This document shows, in pieces, positions 27,463 through 36,980 of a DNA stretch of 64,000 nucleotides. Location: the NCBI GenBank assembly GCA_000437355.1, contig FR899764.1, positions 24,884 through 88,883 of the forward strand. Reading direction: 5' to 3'. This DNA is from Firmicutes bacterium CAG:460 (GTDB taxonomy: Bacteria > Bacillota_I > Bacilli_A > RF39 > UBA660). How positions within the stretch are numbered: position 1 is the first letter of the stretch; the number at the start of each line of letters is the position of its first letter. The translations under genes were made by a program, and so were the position numbers. The notes beneath the pieces were generated by a model, which had not been told where the DNA came from, did not search any database, and saw only the letters and a list, made by a program, of their open reading frames with translations.

Positions 27463-28738
27463 AGTTTTTCATTGATTTAAATACTCTGTTCCATACCTTA
27501 TCTGTTGAATAGTTTAAGATACCATTTTTATATACTTTTAATCCTTTTTTAAGAAGAATGTATATAAATAAAACCATTATAATTATTGATATAAATATTT
27601 CAAATACTGATATTTCTCCGATTATATATAATGTTGGTGTTAAGAATGCTGATAAGAATGGGATGTAGGATAATACATGTATTAAAGTTGAACCACTAAA
27701 CATTGATGCAGTGATTGATAAATAATAACCTACTACTGAGATAAGCATTACTGGTGATTGTAATTGATTAAAGTCTTCAATATTTACTGTCATTGATGCA
27801 AGTATTCCAGATAATACAGAATAAGCAAAGAATGATAAAAGCATTAATATTAAAGTTGTTGGTATAAGAATTAATAATTTGTCAGTTAGAATTGATAAAT
27901 CTATGTTTCCTGCAATGCTACTTATAAAACTTAATGGAGATGTTCCTGTTAATAATTTATTTATAAGTAAGCCAACGCCTGCAAAAACTATTAGTAGTAG
28001 CCCTTGAGTAATAACAAATATATTGCTTGCTAAAACTTTAGAAAATAAATGCATTTTAGGACTAACATTTGATATTATAATTTCCATACTTCTTGTTGTT
28101 TTTTCTTCACAGATTTCTCCCCCGACCATTTGAACTAGGAATACTACTAGCATAAAGAATGGTAATATTATAGTTGGAAATACACTAGTCATAACAATAT
28201 TCATATTTTCATCAATACTAGCATTATCACTAAGAATTGTTCTTTCTACTTTAGCTGGTGCAGAAATATTTGCGAGTATTTCAGGATTTACATTAGATTT
28301 AATCATACCTAAAGTAGATTTTGATGCATTAATGGCACTAGTTATTTCTTGATAAATACCATTATCTATTGTTTCATTACTAATTATTTCACTAGTTAGA
28401 AATTCTCTGTCATTTTCATTTAAAATAACTATTATTTCAGAATTTTCTAAATCTTTTGTTAATTCATCTTTTGTTTTTGATGTTTGTTCTATTTTTATTA
28501 AGTTATCTTCATCTAAAGCATCTAAAGTTGTTTCAAAATAATTAAATGTATTAGAGTTATCTATAACATAAACTGTTAAGTTATCAGAAAAGTCTCCCCC
28601 GAAAAACTTAATTATAGAATTTATATTAATGATACCAATAACTGCTAGAGCTAAAATTATATTAGTTATTAAAAACCATTTTGAACCAATCTTTTTCTTT
28701 AAACTAACACGGGTTAAATACCAAAATTTCTTACTCAT
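27461..28738 (-). CDS. ABC-2 exporter permease (NatB/YhaP-like)
   Basis: N-terminal TM, a ~150-aa external loop and a 5-TM C-terminus. Start at ATG 28738 after GGAGG. Overlaps the ATPase gene stop. Confidence 0.75.
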   Translation of the reverse strand: MSKKFWYLTRVSLKKKIGSKWFLITNIILALAVIGIININSIIKFFGGDFSDNLTVYVIDNSNTFNYFETTLDALDEDNLIKIEQTSKTKDELTKDLENSEIIVILNENDREFLTSEIISNETIDNGIYQEITSAINASKSTLGMIKSNVNPEILANISAPAKVERTILSDNASIDENMNIVMTSVFPTIILPFFMLVVFLVQMVGGEICEEKTTRSMEIIISNVSPKMHLFSKVLASNIFVITQGLLLIVFAGVGLLINKLLTGTSPLSFISSIAGNIDLSILTDKLLILIPTTLILMLLSFFAYSVLSGILASMTVNIEDFNQLQSPVMLISVVGYYLSITASMFSGSTLIHVLSYIPFLSAFLTPTLYIIGEISVFEIFISIIIMVLFIYILLKKGLKVYKNGILNYSTDKVWNRVFKSMKN

Positions 28739-29627
28739 TTTTACCTCCGACATAATGAATAAATATTTCATTTAATGGAGCATCTGCTACAACATATTTA
28801 GAAATATTTGCATTTTTTATACAATCAAATACTTTTGGAGCAACATCAACATTTTCAATATGAACAACTATTTCATTGGCTTTTTTGTCAATACTTGTTA
28901 CACCTTTTATTTTAGAAATATCACTTACTTTGATGTTTTCTCCTTTTATTAAAACATTTTTCTTGGCATAATTTTCTTTTATTTCATCAAGGCTACCATT
29001 TAAAATAGCTTTACCATGTACTAAAATAATTAATTGTTCACAGAAGTCTTCAATATATTCCATTTGGTGTGATGAAAATATGATTGAGCATCCTTTTTGT
29101 TGTAATTCTTTGACAGCACTTTTTAATAAACCAACATTTATTGGATCAAGTCCAGTGAATGGTTCATCAAGTATAAGTAGTTTTGGTTCATTTATAACTG
29201 CAGATATAAACTGAATTTTTTGTTGATTTCCTTTTGATAGTTCTTTTATTTTTTTAAATTTATAATCTGTTATTTCAAATTTTTCTAACCAATAATCTAA
29301 TTTTTTATCAATGTCTTTTTCATCCATGCCTTTTAAAACACCATAGTATTCAATCATTTCTTTAACAGTTAGTTTCGTAAGTAAGCTTCGTTCTTCAGTA
29401 ACAAAACCTATCTTATCAGTTTCTTTGTAATCAATTTTTTTCCCATTTAAAGTAATTTTACCTTTATCTGGTTCAAGTAATCCCATAATCATTCTAAATG
29501 TTGTGGTTTTACCTGCACCATTTTCACCGAGTAGACCAAAGATTTCTCCATCTTTAACAGTAAAAGATAAGTCATCAACCGCTACAAGGCTTCCATATGT
29601 TTTTCTAACATTTTCTAACTTTAACAT
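28731..29627 (-). CDS. ABC transporter ATP-binding protein (NatA-like)
   Basis: Walker A GENGAGKTT, signature LSKGNQQK, Walker B LLILDEP. Start at ATG 29627 with a GAGG SD. Confidence 0.9.
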   Translation of the reverse strand: MLKLENVRKTYGSLVAVDDLSFTVKDGEIFGLLGENGAGKTTTFRMIMGLLEPDKGKITLNGKKIDYKETDKIGFVTEERSLLTKLTVKEMIEYYGVLKGMDEKDIDKKLDYWLEKFEITDYKFKKIKELSKGNQQKIQFISAVINEPKLLILDEPFTGLDPINVGLLKSAVKELQQKGCSIIFSSHQMEYIEDFCEQLIILVHGKAILNGSLDEIKENYAKKNVLIKGENIKVSDISKIKGVTSIDKKANEIVVHIENVDVAPKVFDCIKNANISKYVVADAPLNEIFIHYVGGKNE

Positions 29628-29692
29628 ATTAACCTCATTTCTTAACAACATTATAATACAAAATGTCCGGAAAAAAAAGAGGTTTCCCTCTT

Positions 29693-29815
29693 TTAATAGA
29701 ATGCTCCACCCCAGATTATAGCAAGTAAGATAAATAGTATTAAAACTATAAATGCATAGCTAGCTGTAAAATTGTTTCCTCCGGTATTGTCGCAATCTTT
29801 TTTACAACAACTCAT
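29693..29815 (-). CDS. YjcZ-like tiny transmembrane (sporulation-associated) protein, 40 aa
   Basis: Below the ORF-track size cutoff. Translation is MSCCKKDCDNTGGNNFTASYAFIVLILFILLAIIWGGAFY. AAGGAGG lies 8 nt upstream. The FxLIVLLFILL core is typical of the family. Confidence 0.6.
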   Translation of the reverse strand: MSCCKKDCDNTGGNNFTASYAFIVLILFILLAIIWGGAFY

Positions 29816-29843
29816 TGTTTAACCTCCTTATATATTTAAAAAT

Positions 29844-29930
29844 TTAAATGAAAGCCCCTACTATGATGATTAAAAGAATGAATAGTACTAAAATTATAGC
29901 AGCTCCAAGGCCATTTCCACAGTGACTCAT
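29844..29930 (-). CDS. YjcZ-like tiny transmembrane protein, 28 aa
   Basis: Below the ORF-track cutoff. Translation is MSHCGNGLGAAIILVLFILLIIIVGAFI. AGGAGGAAAG lies upstream. Confidence 0.55.
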   Translation of the reverse strand: MSHCGNGLGAAIILVLFILLIIIVGAFI

Positions 29931-30065
29931 AAAACTTTCCTCCTTTATTTTGTCTTTTCACTAGTATTTTATGGTATATTTTTTATTGTGTGAGGGCAAA
30001 AAATACTTAAAATCGTTGTAAATTAAGAAAATAATTGTTATAATACCTAAAGAGGAGAGATAAAA

Positions 30066-31106
30066 ATGAAGAAAAAAATATTTGCGTTATGTGCAATAAT
30101 GTTACTTGCTAGTGGTTGTGGCAAAGTACCAAAGTTAGACAATGGAAAGGAAGCTATCGTAAGTTTTAAAAATGGTGATAAAATTAGTGTAGATGATTTT
30201 TATAGTAAATTAAAAGATGAAATGGGACTTAATACCTTAATTACTATGATTGATACATATATTTGTGAAACTGAATTTAAAGATTATAAAGATACAGCAA
30301 CTAAAAATGCCCAAGCTTATATTGATGCATTTATTGAACAATATGGTGGAAAAGATAAGTTGTTAGCAGCTTTACAAAAACAAACTAGTTATCAAACTAT
30401 TGAAGCTTATCAAAATTATTTATATTTAGCTAATTTACAAAGTCATGCTATTGAAGAATATGCTAAAACAAAAATTACTGATAAAGAAATTGAAGCATAT
30501 TACAAAGATGAAGCTATTGGAGATATGGAAATTAATCATATTTTAATTACTTCTGATGTTAAAGATGGGGCAACAACTGATGAAAAGAAAAAAGCTGAAG
30601 AAGCAGCTAAGAAAACTGTTAATGAAATAATTGAAAAATTAAATACTGCTAAGAAAAATAAAGAAGATATTACTGAAGCATTTACTAAACTTGCTAAAGA
30701 ATATTCTAAAGATGATGCCACTAAAGATAAAGGTGGTGCTCTAGGTAAAGTTAACTTTGGTGACTTAGATAGTAAATATGATGAATTGTTAAATGCTGCT
30801 AAAAAACTTAAAGATGGTGAATATTCAACTAGTGTTATAACTACTGAACTTGGATATCATGTTATTCTAAAAGTTAAATCTTATGAAAAAGATACTTTAG
30901 AAAATTTAAAAGATAAAATTGTTGAAACTTTAGCAGAAAAATATATTTCTAAAAATCAAAATAGTGTTGGACTTAATGCATTACAACATTATCGTAAAGA
31001 ATATGGTATGGAAATTCAAGATGATGAAATTAAGAAACAATATTCAAATTATCTTCAAAATGCCTTAGCATCTATTGCAAGTGCAAATAGTTCAACAACA
31101 AAATAA
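30066..31106 (+). CDS. prsA: Foldase lipoprotein PrsA (parvulin-type peptidylprolyl isomerase)
   Basis: Lipobox LLASGC. Parvulin core INHILI...GGALG...ELGYHVI. Consensus promoter upstream (TTGTAA, 17 nt, TATAAT). Confidence 0.85.
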   Translation: MKKKIFALCAIMLLASGCGKVPKLDNGKEAIVSFKNGDKISVDDFYSKLKDEMGLNTLITMIDTYICETEFKDYKDTATKNAQAYIDAFIEQYGGKDKLLAALQKQTSYQTIEAYQNYLYLANLQSHAIEEYAKTKITDKEIEAYYKDEAIGDMEINHILITSDVKDGATTDEKKKAEEAAKKTVNEIIEKLNTAKKNKEDITEAFTKLAKEYSKDDATKDKGGALGKVNFGDLDSKYDELLNAAKKLKDGEYSTSVITTELGYHVILKVKSYEKDTLENLKDKIVETLAEKYISKNQNSVGLNALQHYRKEYGMEIQDDEIKKQYSNYLQNALASIASANSSTTK

Positions 31107-31107
31107 A

Positions 31108-31128
31108 AAGCACACGAAGTGCTTTTTT
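31108..31128 (+). terminator. Intrinsic terminator (prsA; also faces the convergent coat gene)
   Basis: aaagcac / gtgcttt arms followed by TTTT. Confidence 0.7.
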
Positions 31129-31140
31129 AGTTTTCTTTAA

Positions 31141-31581
31141 TTAGCAAAGACAATCAACATATGTGTCTGATAGACATCTAATACAACATAAGCAATCGCA
31201 ATCCATTGTAAAGAATACATTTGTAGCAACATATGGATAAACACTAGTTTCATCAGTGTTGTCAGCAAGAACTCTAAATGTACAGCAGTTTCCTTCAATC
31301 TTTTCTACTCTAAATACATTAGAACATGTAGCTGAAGAACCTGTACAAGTAGCTGTTGAATCTTTAGTGATTGGCATGCTCCATGGAGTACCATTTCCAC
31401 CACAAGTATAAAGCATTACTGGTCTAGTATTACATATTAAGCAATTAGTACCGCCACCTAAAACTGGTCTATCGCAAGTTTGTAAGCAATTATCTGGACA
31501 TGCATTTTCTTGTAACACTAAAATGACACATAGTATTTCATTTATGCAGTTTCCTTCTGATGATTTACTTTCTCTATTCAT
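31141..31581 (-). CDS. Cysteine-rich spore coat protein, CotY/CotZ (ExsY) family
   Basis: Cysteine pattern and blocks CINEILCVILVLQENAC, RPVMLYT and FRVEKIEGNCCTFRVL match the CotZ/CotY architecture. Confidence 0.7.
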   Translation of the reverse strand: MNRESKSSEGNCINEILCVILVLQENACPDNCLQTCDRPVLGGGTNCLICNTRPVMLYTCGGNGTPWSMPITKDSTATCTGSSATCSNVFRVEKIEGNCCTFRVLADNTDETSVYPYVATNVFFTMDCDCLCCIRCLSDTYVDCLC

Positions 31582-31688
31582 AAACTTTCACCCTTTCATG
31601 TACTTTCATTATTAATTTATGAAAATATTTCAAATTAGTGTATGCTTTTTACTTTTACTTTTTTAAAAAATATAGTATAATTAGTTAG

Positions 31689-32015
31689 GTGATTATTTTG
31701 AAAACATGGATTGAATATATTATTATTGCAGTTATCTTAATTATAATATCATTAGTAATTGTAAAATTATCTAAAAGAGATTTTAAAGCTGAAGCTAATA
31801 AACTTATAACTTATTTAGGTGGTAAAGATAATATTATTAATGCTGAATGTAATATGTCAAGACTTAAAGTTATCTTAAAAGATGTTAGTTTAGCTAATAA
31901 AGATGGAATTCAAAAACTTGGTGCTAAAGGAATTGTAGAAATTGATAACCAATTAAAAATTATATTTGATAAAAATGCTAAACAATTAAAAAAGTATATC
32001 GAAGAAATTCTCTAA
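31689..32015 (+). CDS. Membrane-anchored PTS EIIB-like domain protein
   Basis: N-terminal TM, then LITYLGGKDNIINAECNMSRLKVILKD, which matches the glucose-family EIIB fold with its Cys. The start codon is uncertain (GTG 31689 or TTG 31698). Confidence 0.6.
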   Translation: MIILKTWIEYIIIAVILIIISLVIVKLSKRDFKAEANKLITYLGGKDNIINAECNMSRLKVILKDVSLANKDGIQKLGAKGIVEIDNQLKIIFDKNAKQLKKYIEEIL

Positions 32016-32028
32016 GATATACTTTTTT

Positions 32029-32319
32029 TTAAAGCTTTTCAATATCAAGAATATCAGTGATTTTAATTAATTTATTATCAATTGTTAGTAAATTAATATT
32101 TGTTTTACCTACGATTTCTTCTTCATGAATACCATCATCCATAGTAATTCTTACCCTACTTTTATAAACATGATTTAGTGAACCAAATATTTCATTAATC
32201 TTTTTATTTATATCTTTAGGATTATAACTTTTTACAGCTCTATCACTACGATATAAATCTTGATAATTATTTAATTTTTTGTTTATGGGACTTGCAAACA
32301 CATTAGGTAATTTGTTCAT
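32029..32319 (-). CDS. Hypothetical protein
   Basis: Track ORF trimmed to MNKLPNVF, preceded by GAGGTG. Confidence 0.5.
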   Translation of the reverse strand: MNKLPNVFASPINKKLNNYQDLYRSDRAVKSYNPKDINKKINEIFGSLNHVYKSRVRITMDDGIHEEEIVGKTNINLLTIDNKLIKITDILDIEKL

Positions 32320-32376
32320 TTTCACACCTCTAGTATATTTTATGATAAATAGGAAAAAAATACACATACTATTTTT

Positions 32377-33480
32377 ATGAAGAAGATTTTAGATAATAAA
32401 TTACTTTTCTTTATTCCGTTACTAATAATTATGATTATTAGTTTTTTAGATATGTATAATGCTAAATATTTAAGTAGTTTATATAATAATAATTTAGTAA
32501 AACAAATAATTTGGTATTTTTTAGGTTTTATAATATTTATTTTATTTAAAAGAATTAATAATAAAACAATATTTAAATATGCAAATGTTTTATATATTTT
32601 TTCTTTACTATTACTTTTATATGTTTTACTTTTTGGTAAGGTTATTAATGGTGCAAGAGCTTGGATTAATATTAAAGGATTTTCTTTTCAACCAAGTGAA
32701 CTTGCTAAATTAAGTCTTGCTATAATGCTTAGTAAAATAGCTGTTTCTTTTAATAATACCGGAGTAAAATCAGAAACAATATTTATATTAAAAGTTATTT
32801 TGGTAACACTAATACCTTCAATTTTAGTTTTTCTAGAACCTGATAGCGGAGCCATTATATTTTTTCTTATTGAAGCTTTTATGATTATTCTTTTTAGTAA
32901 AGTTCATAAATTTTGGTTTGTTATTTTATTTTCTTTATTAGGTATTGGTATTGGTGCTTTTATAACTCTTTATTTATTTAATAAAGATATATTAATTAGT
33001 TTAATTGGTACTAGTTTCTTTTATAGAGTTGAAAGACTTATCACTTTTAAAACTATGAGTAGTTATCAACTTGAAAATGCTTTGATTGCCATGGGGTCTT
33101 CATCATTATTTGGAACTGGCTTGGGTAATGTTTCAATTTATATTCCAGAAGCTCCGACAGATTTTGTATTTGCATTTACTATAAGTAATTTTGGTTACTT
33201 TACAGGATTTTTAATTCTTATATGTTATCTTTTTATGGATATATTTTTAATTAATAAAATTTGTCATATGAAAAAAAATACTATAAAATATATCTTAATA
33301 TCTTTTACAAGTATTTTTATATTTGGACAAATAATTAATATAGGAATGAACCTTGGCCTTGTTCCTATTATTGGTATTCCACTACCTTTTTTAAGTTATG
33401 GCGGTTCAACTTTAATTATTTATTTTCTTTTCTTAAGCATAGTTTTTGCAAATGAAAAACCATATCGAAGTATGGTTTAA
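32377..33480 (+). CDS. SEDS-family peptidoglycan polymerase (FtsW/RodA/SpoVE)
   Basis: 10-TM protein with SEDS motifs (FQPSELAKL, EPDSGA, PLPFLSYGGS). Confidence 0.88.
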   Translation: MKKILDNKLLFFIPLLIIMIISFLDMYNAKYLSSLYNNNLVKQIIWYFLGFIIFILFKRINNKTIFKYANVLYIFSLLLLLYVLLFGKVINGARAWINIKGFSFQPSELAKLSLAIMLSKIAVSFNNTGVKSETIFILKVILVTLIPSILVFLEPDSGAIIFFLIEAFMIILFSKVHKFWFVILFSLLGIGIGAFITLYLFNKDILISLIGTSFFYRVERLITFKTMSSYQLENALIAMGSSSLFGTGLGNVSIYIPEAPTDFVFAFTISNFGYFTGFLILICYLFMDIFLINKICHMKKNTIKYILISFTSIFIFGQIINIGMNLGLVPIIGIPLPFLSYGGSTLIIYFLFLSIVFANEKPYRSMV

Positions 33481-33692
33481 TAATAATATACTCTAGGGAT
33501 TGGTTGATAGTAACTATATGAACTATTGTAATATGGAACTCCAGGTGTATATGGCATATTTCCTCCTTGTGGAGCCACATTATAAATTGGTCTTGGTCTA
33601 CTTAAACCAACTGCTGCTCCCCCTGCTAAACCTCCTAGCAAAAATGGCACAACAAATCCTCGGTTTGTATTTTGGTAATAATTTGGATACAT
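33477..33692 (-). CDS. Small Tyr/Pro/Gly-rich protein with one TM segment
   Basis: 71-aa ORF. Low-complexity YY/PY-rich ends flank a Gly-rich hydrophobic segment. Composition resembles small coat/cortex-associated proteins. Confidence 0.4.
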   Translation of the reverse strand: MYPNYYQNTNRGFVVPFLLGGLAGGAAVGLSRPRPIYNVAPQGGNMPYTPGVPYYNSSYSYYQPIPRVYYY

Positions 33693-33737
33693 AACTCTCT
33701 CCTCTCATAATTAATTTATGAAAGTTAAACTTTTTAA

Positions 33738-33992
33738 CTAATTACTTTTACCCAAAATAATTTTTTTACCCTTTCTTACTAAATTTAAATTTGTTTTAGT
33801 ATTTATACTTTTTATAGCACTATCAACTAAATCCATGTATTCTTGATCTGTAAAAATATTTACATCTTCTATTTTTATAATGTCCATAGTTTTATTATCT
33901 AATATTAAAAATTCATAAACCAACTCTAGAGCAATCTTTTCTTGCATTTGTTTTTTTGCAAGTGTATGGCTTAAATCTAAGTATTCTTTCAT
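33738..33992 (-). CDS. Hypothetical protein
   Basis: 84-aa ORF divergent from the XRE regulator gene. Confidence 0.45.
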   Translation of the reverse strand: MKEYLDLSHTLAKKQMQEKIALELVYEFLILDNKTMDIIKIEDVNIFTDQEYMDLVDSAIKSINTKTNLNLVRKGKKIILGKSN

Positions 33993-34100
33993 CTAATCAC
34001 ACTCTTTCTATTTAAATTATACCAAATATTTTCGTATTTGTCTGTAAAAATATGCATATTTGTCTTTTTAATGGGAAAATTAAACTGGTGAGTGAAATTA

Positions 34101-34550
34101 ATGGAAAACGACAAATTATTTGAGTTAAGAGAATATAATAATCTAACTCAAAGGGATATCGGGGAAATTCTCGGTGTTCGTCAACAAACATATGCCGAAT
34201 GGGAGAAAGGAAAAAAGATTATCCCTTTAAAACATTTAGTTACTTTAGCAAAGTACTATAATGTTAGTTTAGATTACTTAACTGGGCTATCCAAAAAGAA
34301 AGATATTTTTTATAAATTTGTTACTCTAGATAAAAAGGAAATAGGAAAAAGAATTATTTATGTTAGGTCTTTATACAATATTAAACAAAAAGACTTAGCA
34401 AATATCCTTAATACTTCTCCATCCACAATTTGTGCTTACGAAAAAGGTAATACTTTAATTCTTACAGCATTTTTGTATCAAATTGCTAAAGAGTATAAAA
34501 TATCTATTGATTGGTTAGTCGGAGCTAGTCCTGTTGTAAAAAGGCACTAG
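34101..34550 (+). CDS. Transcriptional regulator with two XRE-type HTH domains
   Basis: Two copies of the LTQRDIGEILGV..QTY..WEKG / IKQKDLANILNTSPSTICAYEKG pattern. ATG 34101 lies 8 nt after GGTGAG. Confidence 0.8.
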   Translation: MENDKLFELREYNNLTQRDIGEILGVRQQTYAEWEKGKKIIPLKHLVTLAKYYNVSLDYLTGLSKKKDIFYKFVTLDKKEIGKRIIYVRSLYNIKQKDLANILNTSPSTICAYEKGNTLILTAFLYQIAKEYKISIDWLVGASPVVKRH

Positions 34551-34628
34551 CTTTTTTCTTTCTATTTGTCTTATTCCTACCTTCCTTAAGTTAATTATAG
34601 CAAATTTTTTTAAAAAGAAAAAGACTTA

Positions 34629-35870
34629 TTACATAAGTCCCATAAAATAATTCTTTTTACCTTTTTTAATTAGTAAAACTTTGCCTTCAATAGCATCTTT
34701 TGTTGTAACAACTTTTTCTAAATCAGTTGATTTCTGATTATTGATACTTATTGCTCCAGTTGTAATCATTTCTCTGGCTTCTCTTTTACTTGAAACAATT
34801 TTGTTATCCACTAATAAGTCTATTAGTAAAGTGTTATCTTTAACATCAAATCTAGGTACATCTTTGATACTTTCAATTATTTCATCTGCTGTTAATTCCC
34901 AGATTTTATCAGAGAATAATGATTCAGAAATGTGTAAAGCTTTTTTGTATTCTTCTTCTCCATGTAAGAATGTAATTATTTCTTTTGCTAATGCTTTTTG
35001 AGCTTTTCTTTCTTCTGGATGTTCATTTAAGCTTTTTTCTAGTTCTTCTATTTCTTCTTTAGTTAAGAATGTTAATTTTTTTAAGTATTCAATAACTTTA
35101 TCATCTTCTGCATTAATGAAGTATTGGTATAACTCATATGAACTAGTTTTGTTAATATCTAACCATAATGCTTCACCAGATTCACTTTTACCAAATTTAG
35201 AACCATCACTTCTAGTTACTAGAGGTACTGTAAATCCATAACATTTTACATCTGCACCATGAACTTTCCTTATAAGTTCTAGTCCTGATGTGATATTTCC
35301 CCATTGGTCTTGTCCTCCAACTTGCATTGTTACTCCGTGTTCTTCATATAACTTTAAGAAGTCAATTGATTGAAGTAACATGTATGAAAATTCAGTATAC
35401 GTAATACCAATATCTAATCTCCTTTTTACTGTGTCTTTGGCAAGCATGTAATTAATATTAAAGAATTTACCATAATCTCTAAGATAATCGATTGCTTTCA
35501 TTTCACATAGCCAATCTGCATTATTAACAATTTCAATTTTTCCCCCAAGGATAGTACTAATTTGATTTTGAATGCATTTTATATTGTGAGCAACAGCTTC
35601 TTTACTAATCATTGGTCTTTCAACATTTGGTTTAGGGTCTCCGATTAGTCCTGTCCCTCCTCCCGCAATGATTATTGGGGTATGTCCACCTTCCATTAAT
35701 CTTTTTGATGTAGCAATTACAGTACAGTAATGCCCAATATGTAGTGAATCTCCAGTTGGGTCAACACCTATATAAAACTTTAAGCCTCCTTTGTTAATGG
35801 CTTCTTCAACATCTGGACTAGTTATATCATTTACTAATCCTCTCCATTTTAGTTCTTCAAATAATGTCAT
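34629..35870 (-). CDS. tyrS: Tyrosine--tRNA ligase
   Basis: HIGH (SLHIGH) and KMSKS-like (KFGKS) motifs and a C-terminal S4 domain. Start at ATG 35870 after GGAGGGAG. The track ORF extension overlaps the T-box terminator. Confidence 0.95.
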   Translation of the reverse strand: MTLFEELKWRGLVNDITSPDVEEAINKGGLKFYIGVDPTGDSLHIGHYCTVIATSKRLMEGGHTPIIIAGGGTGLIGDPKPNVERPMISKEAVAHNIKCIQNQISTILGGKIEIVNNADWLCEMKAIDYLRDYGKFFNINYMLAKDTVKRRLDIGITYTEFSYMLLQSIDFLKLYEEHGVTMQVGGQDQWGNITSGLELIRKVHGADVKCYGFTVPLVTRSDGSKFGKSESGEALWLDINKTSSYELYQYFINAEDDKVIEYLKKLTFLTKEEIEELEKSLNEHPEERKAQKALAKEIITFLHGEEEYKKALHISESLFSDKIWELTADEIIESIKDVPRFDVKDNTLLIDLLVDNKIVSSKREAREMITTGAISINNQKSTDLEKVVTTKDAIEGKVLLIKKGKKNYFMGLM

Positions 35871-36010
35871 AATATCTCCCTCCAAAAATAAAAAGAATGA
35901 TACCCCAAGGAGTGCAATTTGCACGGTACCATCCTTTATTTAACTTAATTTATCTTAACGCGATTTAACGGTTCAGCTCCAGAGTCGTAAATTCCTTCAT
36001 CACTGATTGG
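35871..36010 (-). promoter_or_regulatory. T-box leader (tRNA-Tyr-sensing transcription attenuator) of tyrS
   Basis: On the minus strand there is an extended -10 (GTGCTATAAT, 36015-36024). A UAC triplet sits in GGAAUUUACGAC, and the T-box sequence is AAAGGAUGGUACCGUG. A 12-bp terminator helix (AAGGAUGGUACC / GGGGUAUCAUUCUU) is followed by UUUUUAUUUUU. Confidence 0.8.
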
Positions 36011-36045
36011 GTCAATTATAGCACTTTAAAAATTTTAATGCAACC

Positions 36046-36693
36046 CTATTTTATTAAATTTTCTAAATTTTTAGGTAATTTTATTTCAATTTCTATGTTT
36101 TTATTAGTAATTGGATGTAAAAACTCTAATCTATAAGCTTGCAAACATAAAGGCATTCTTTCTTTATTACCATACTTTTTATCTCCCACTATTGGATGCT
36201 TAATATTTGCAAGTTGAACTCTAATTTGATTTTTTCTACCTGTTTTAATTTCAATATTTAATAAAGTGTATTTTTTATTATATTCCATGACTTCAAAATT
36301 TGTTATTGCTAATATTCCTTTTTTCTTATCTTTAGTTATTATAACATCATGAGTTTTTGTTTCTAACAAATAATTTTCTAAATGATTATTTTCTTTAACT
36401 ATTCCATTTACTACTGCATAGTAATATCTTTTAACTTTTGTCCAATTTGTTTGCAAAATGCTTTTTACTTTTTCATTTTTAGCAAAGATTATTAAACCAG
36501 ATGTGTCTTTATCTAATCTATGAACTATAAATATTTTGTTTTTAGGATTTTGTTTTTTTACATATTCTTTAACTTCATCATATAAATTTTTATCATTTCT
36601 ATTATCTCTAGATATTGTTAAAATACCACTGGGTTTGTTAATAATAATTAAATATTTGTCTTCATATATTATATCTAGTTTCTTTTTTTGCAT
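36046..36693 (-). CDS. RluA-family pseudouridine synthase
   Basis: Catalytic HRLDKDTSGLIIFAK motif and C-terminal GRKNQIRVQL. Confidence 0.88.
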   Translation of the reverse strand: MQKKKLDIIYEDKYLIIINKPSGILTISRDNRNDKNLYDEVKEYVKKQNPKNKIFIVHRLDKDTSGLIIFAKNEKVKSILQTNWTKVKRYYYAVVNGIVKENNHLENYLLETKTHDVIITKDKKKGILAITNFEVMEYNKKYTLLNIEIKTGRKNQIRVQLANIKHPIVGDKKYGNKERMPLCLQAYRLEFLHPITNKNIEIEIKLPKNLENLIK

Positions 36694-36783
36694 ATAAAAT
36701 CACCTGCAAAAACATTATATCAAATTTATTATGAATATCAAAATAGTTTTAAAAAAGTGTGTTTCAAAGAGTGTTTGACAAAA

Positions 36784-36806
36784 TAAAAAAGCCTGTAAAT
36801 ACAGAC
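36784..36806 (-). terminator. Terminator that would follow tRNA-Ala in the uninterrupted (phage-free) locus
   Basis: Minus strand reads GUCUGU-auuu-ACAGGC followed by UUUUUU. It lies just outside the left prophage junction. Confidence 0.5.
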
Positions 36807-36819
36807 TTTAAATTCCATT

Positions 36820-36833
36820 TGGTGGAGAATGTG
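36820..36833. repeat. Left att core (lysis-proximal junction)
   Basis: TGGTGGAGAATGTG. With the adjacent phage-side bases it forms the perfect dyad TGGTGGA-GAATGTG-TCCACCA. Confidence 0.85.
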
Positions 36834-36877
36834 TCCACCAAATAAGCCCTTTATTTCCTTATTATAAGGCTTTTTTA

Positions 36878-36904
36878 TTTTTTTACCGCCATTTTTTACC
36901 GCCA
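36878..36904. repeat. Tandem arm-type repeats TTTTTACCGCC(A) x2, left arm
   Basis: tttttttaccgcca / ttttttaccgcca. The same motif recurs at 63438-63462 in the same orientation. Confidence 0.6.
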
Positions 36905-36980
36905 TTTCATTTATTGAAGGAAAATATAAAAAAAATGAATGCTTTTAACATATTTTTTTCAAAGAATTAAAACACAAAAA

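Noticed and set aside
35871-35924. 18-codon N-terminal extension of tyrS in the track
   Set aside because: It overlaps the T-box terminator helix and U-run. The ATG at 35870 follows a GGAGGGAG SD and gives the canonical TyrS N-terminus.
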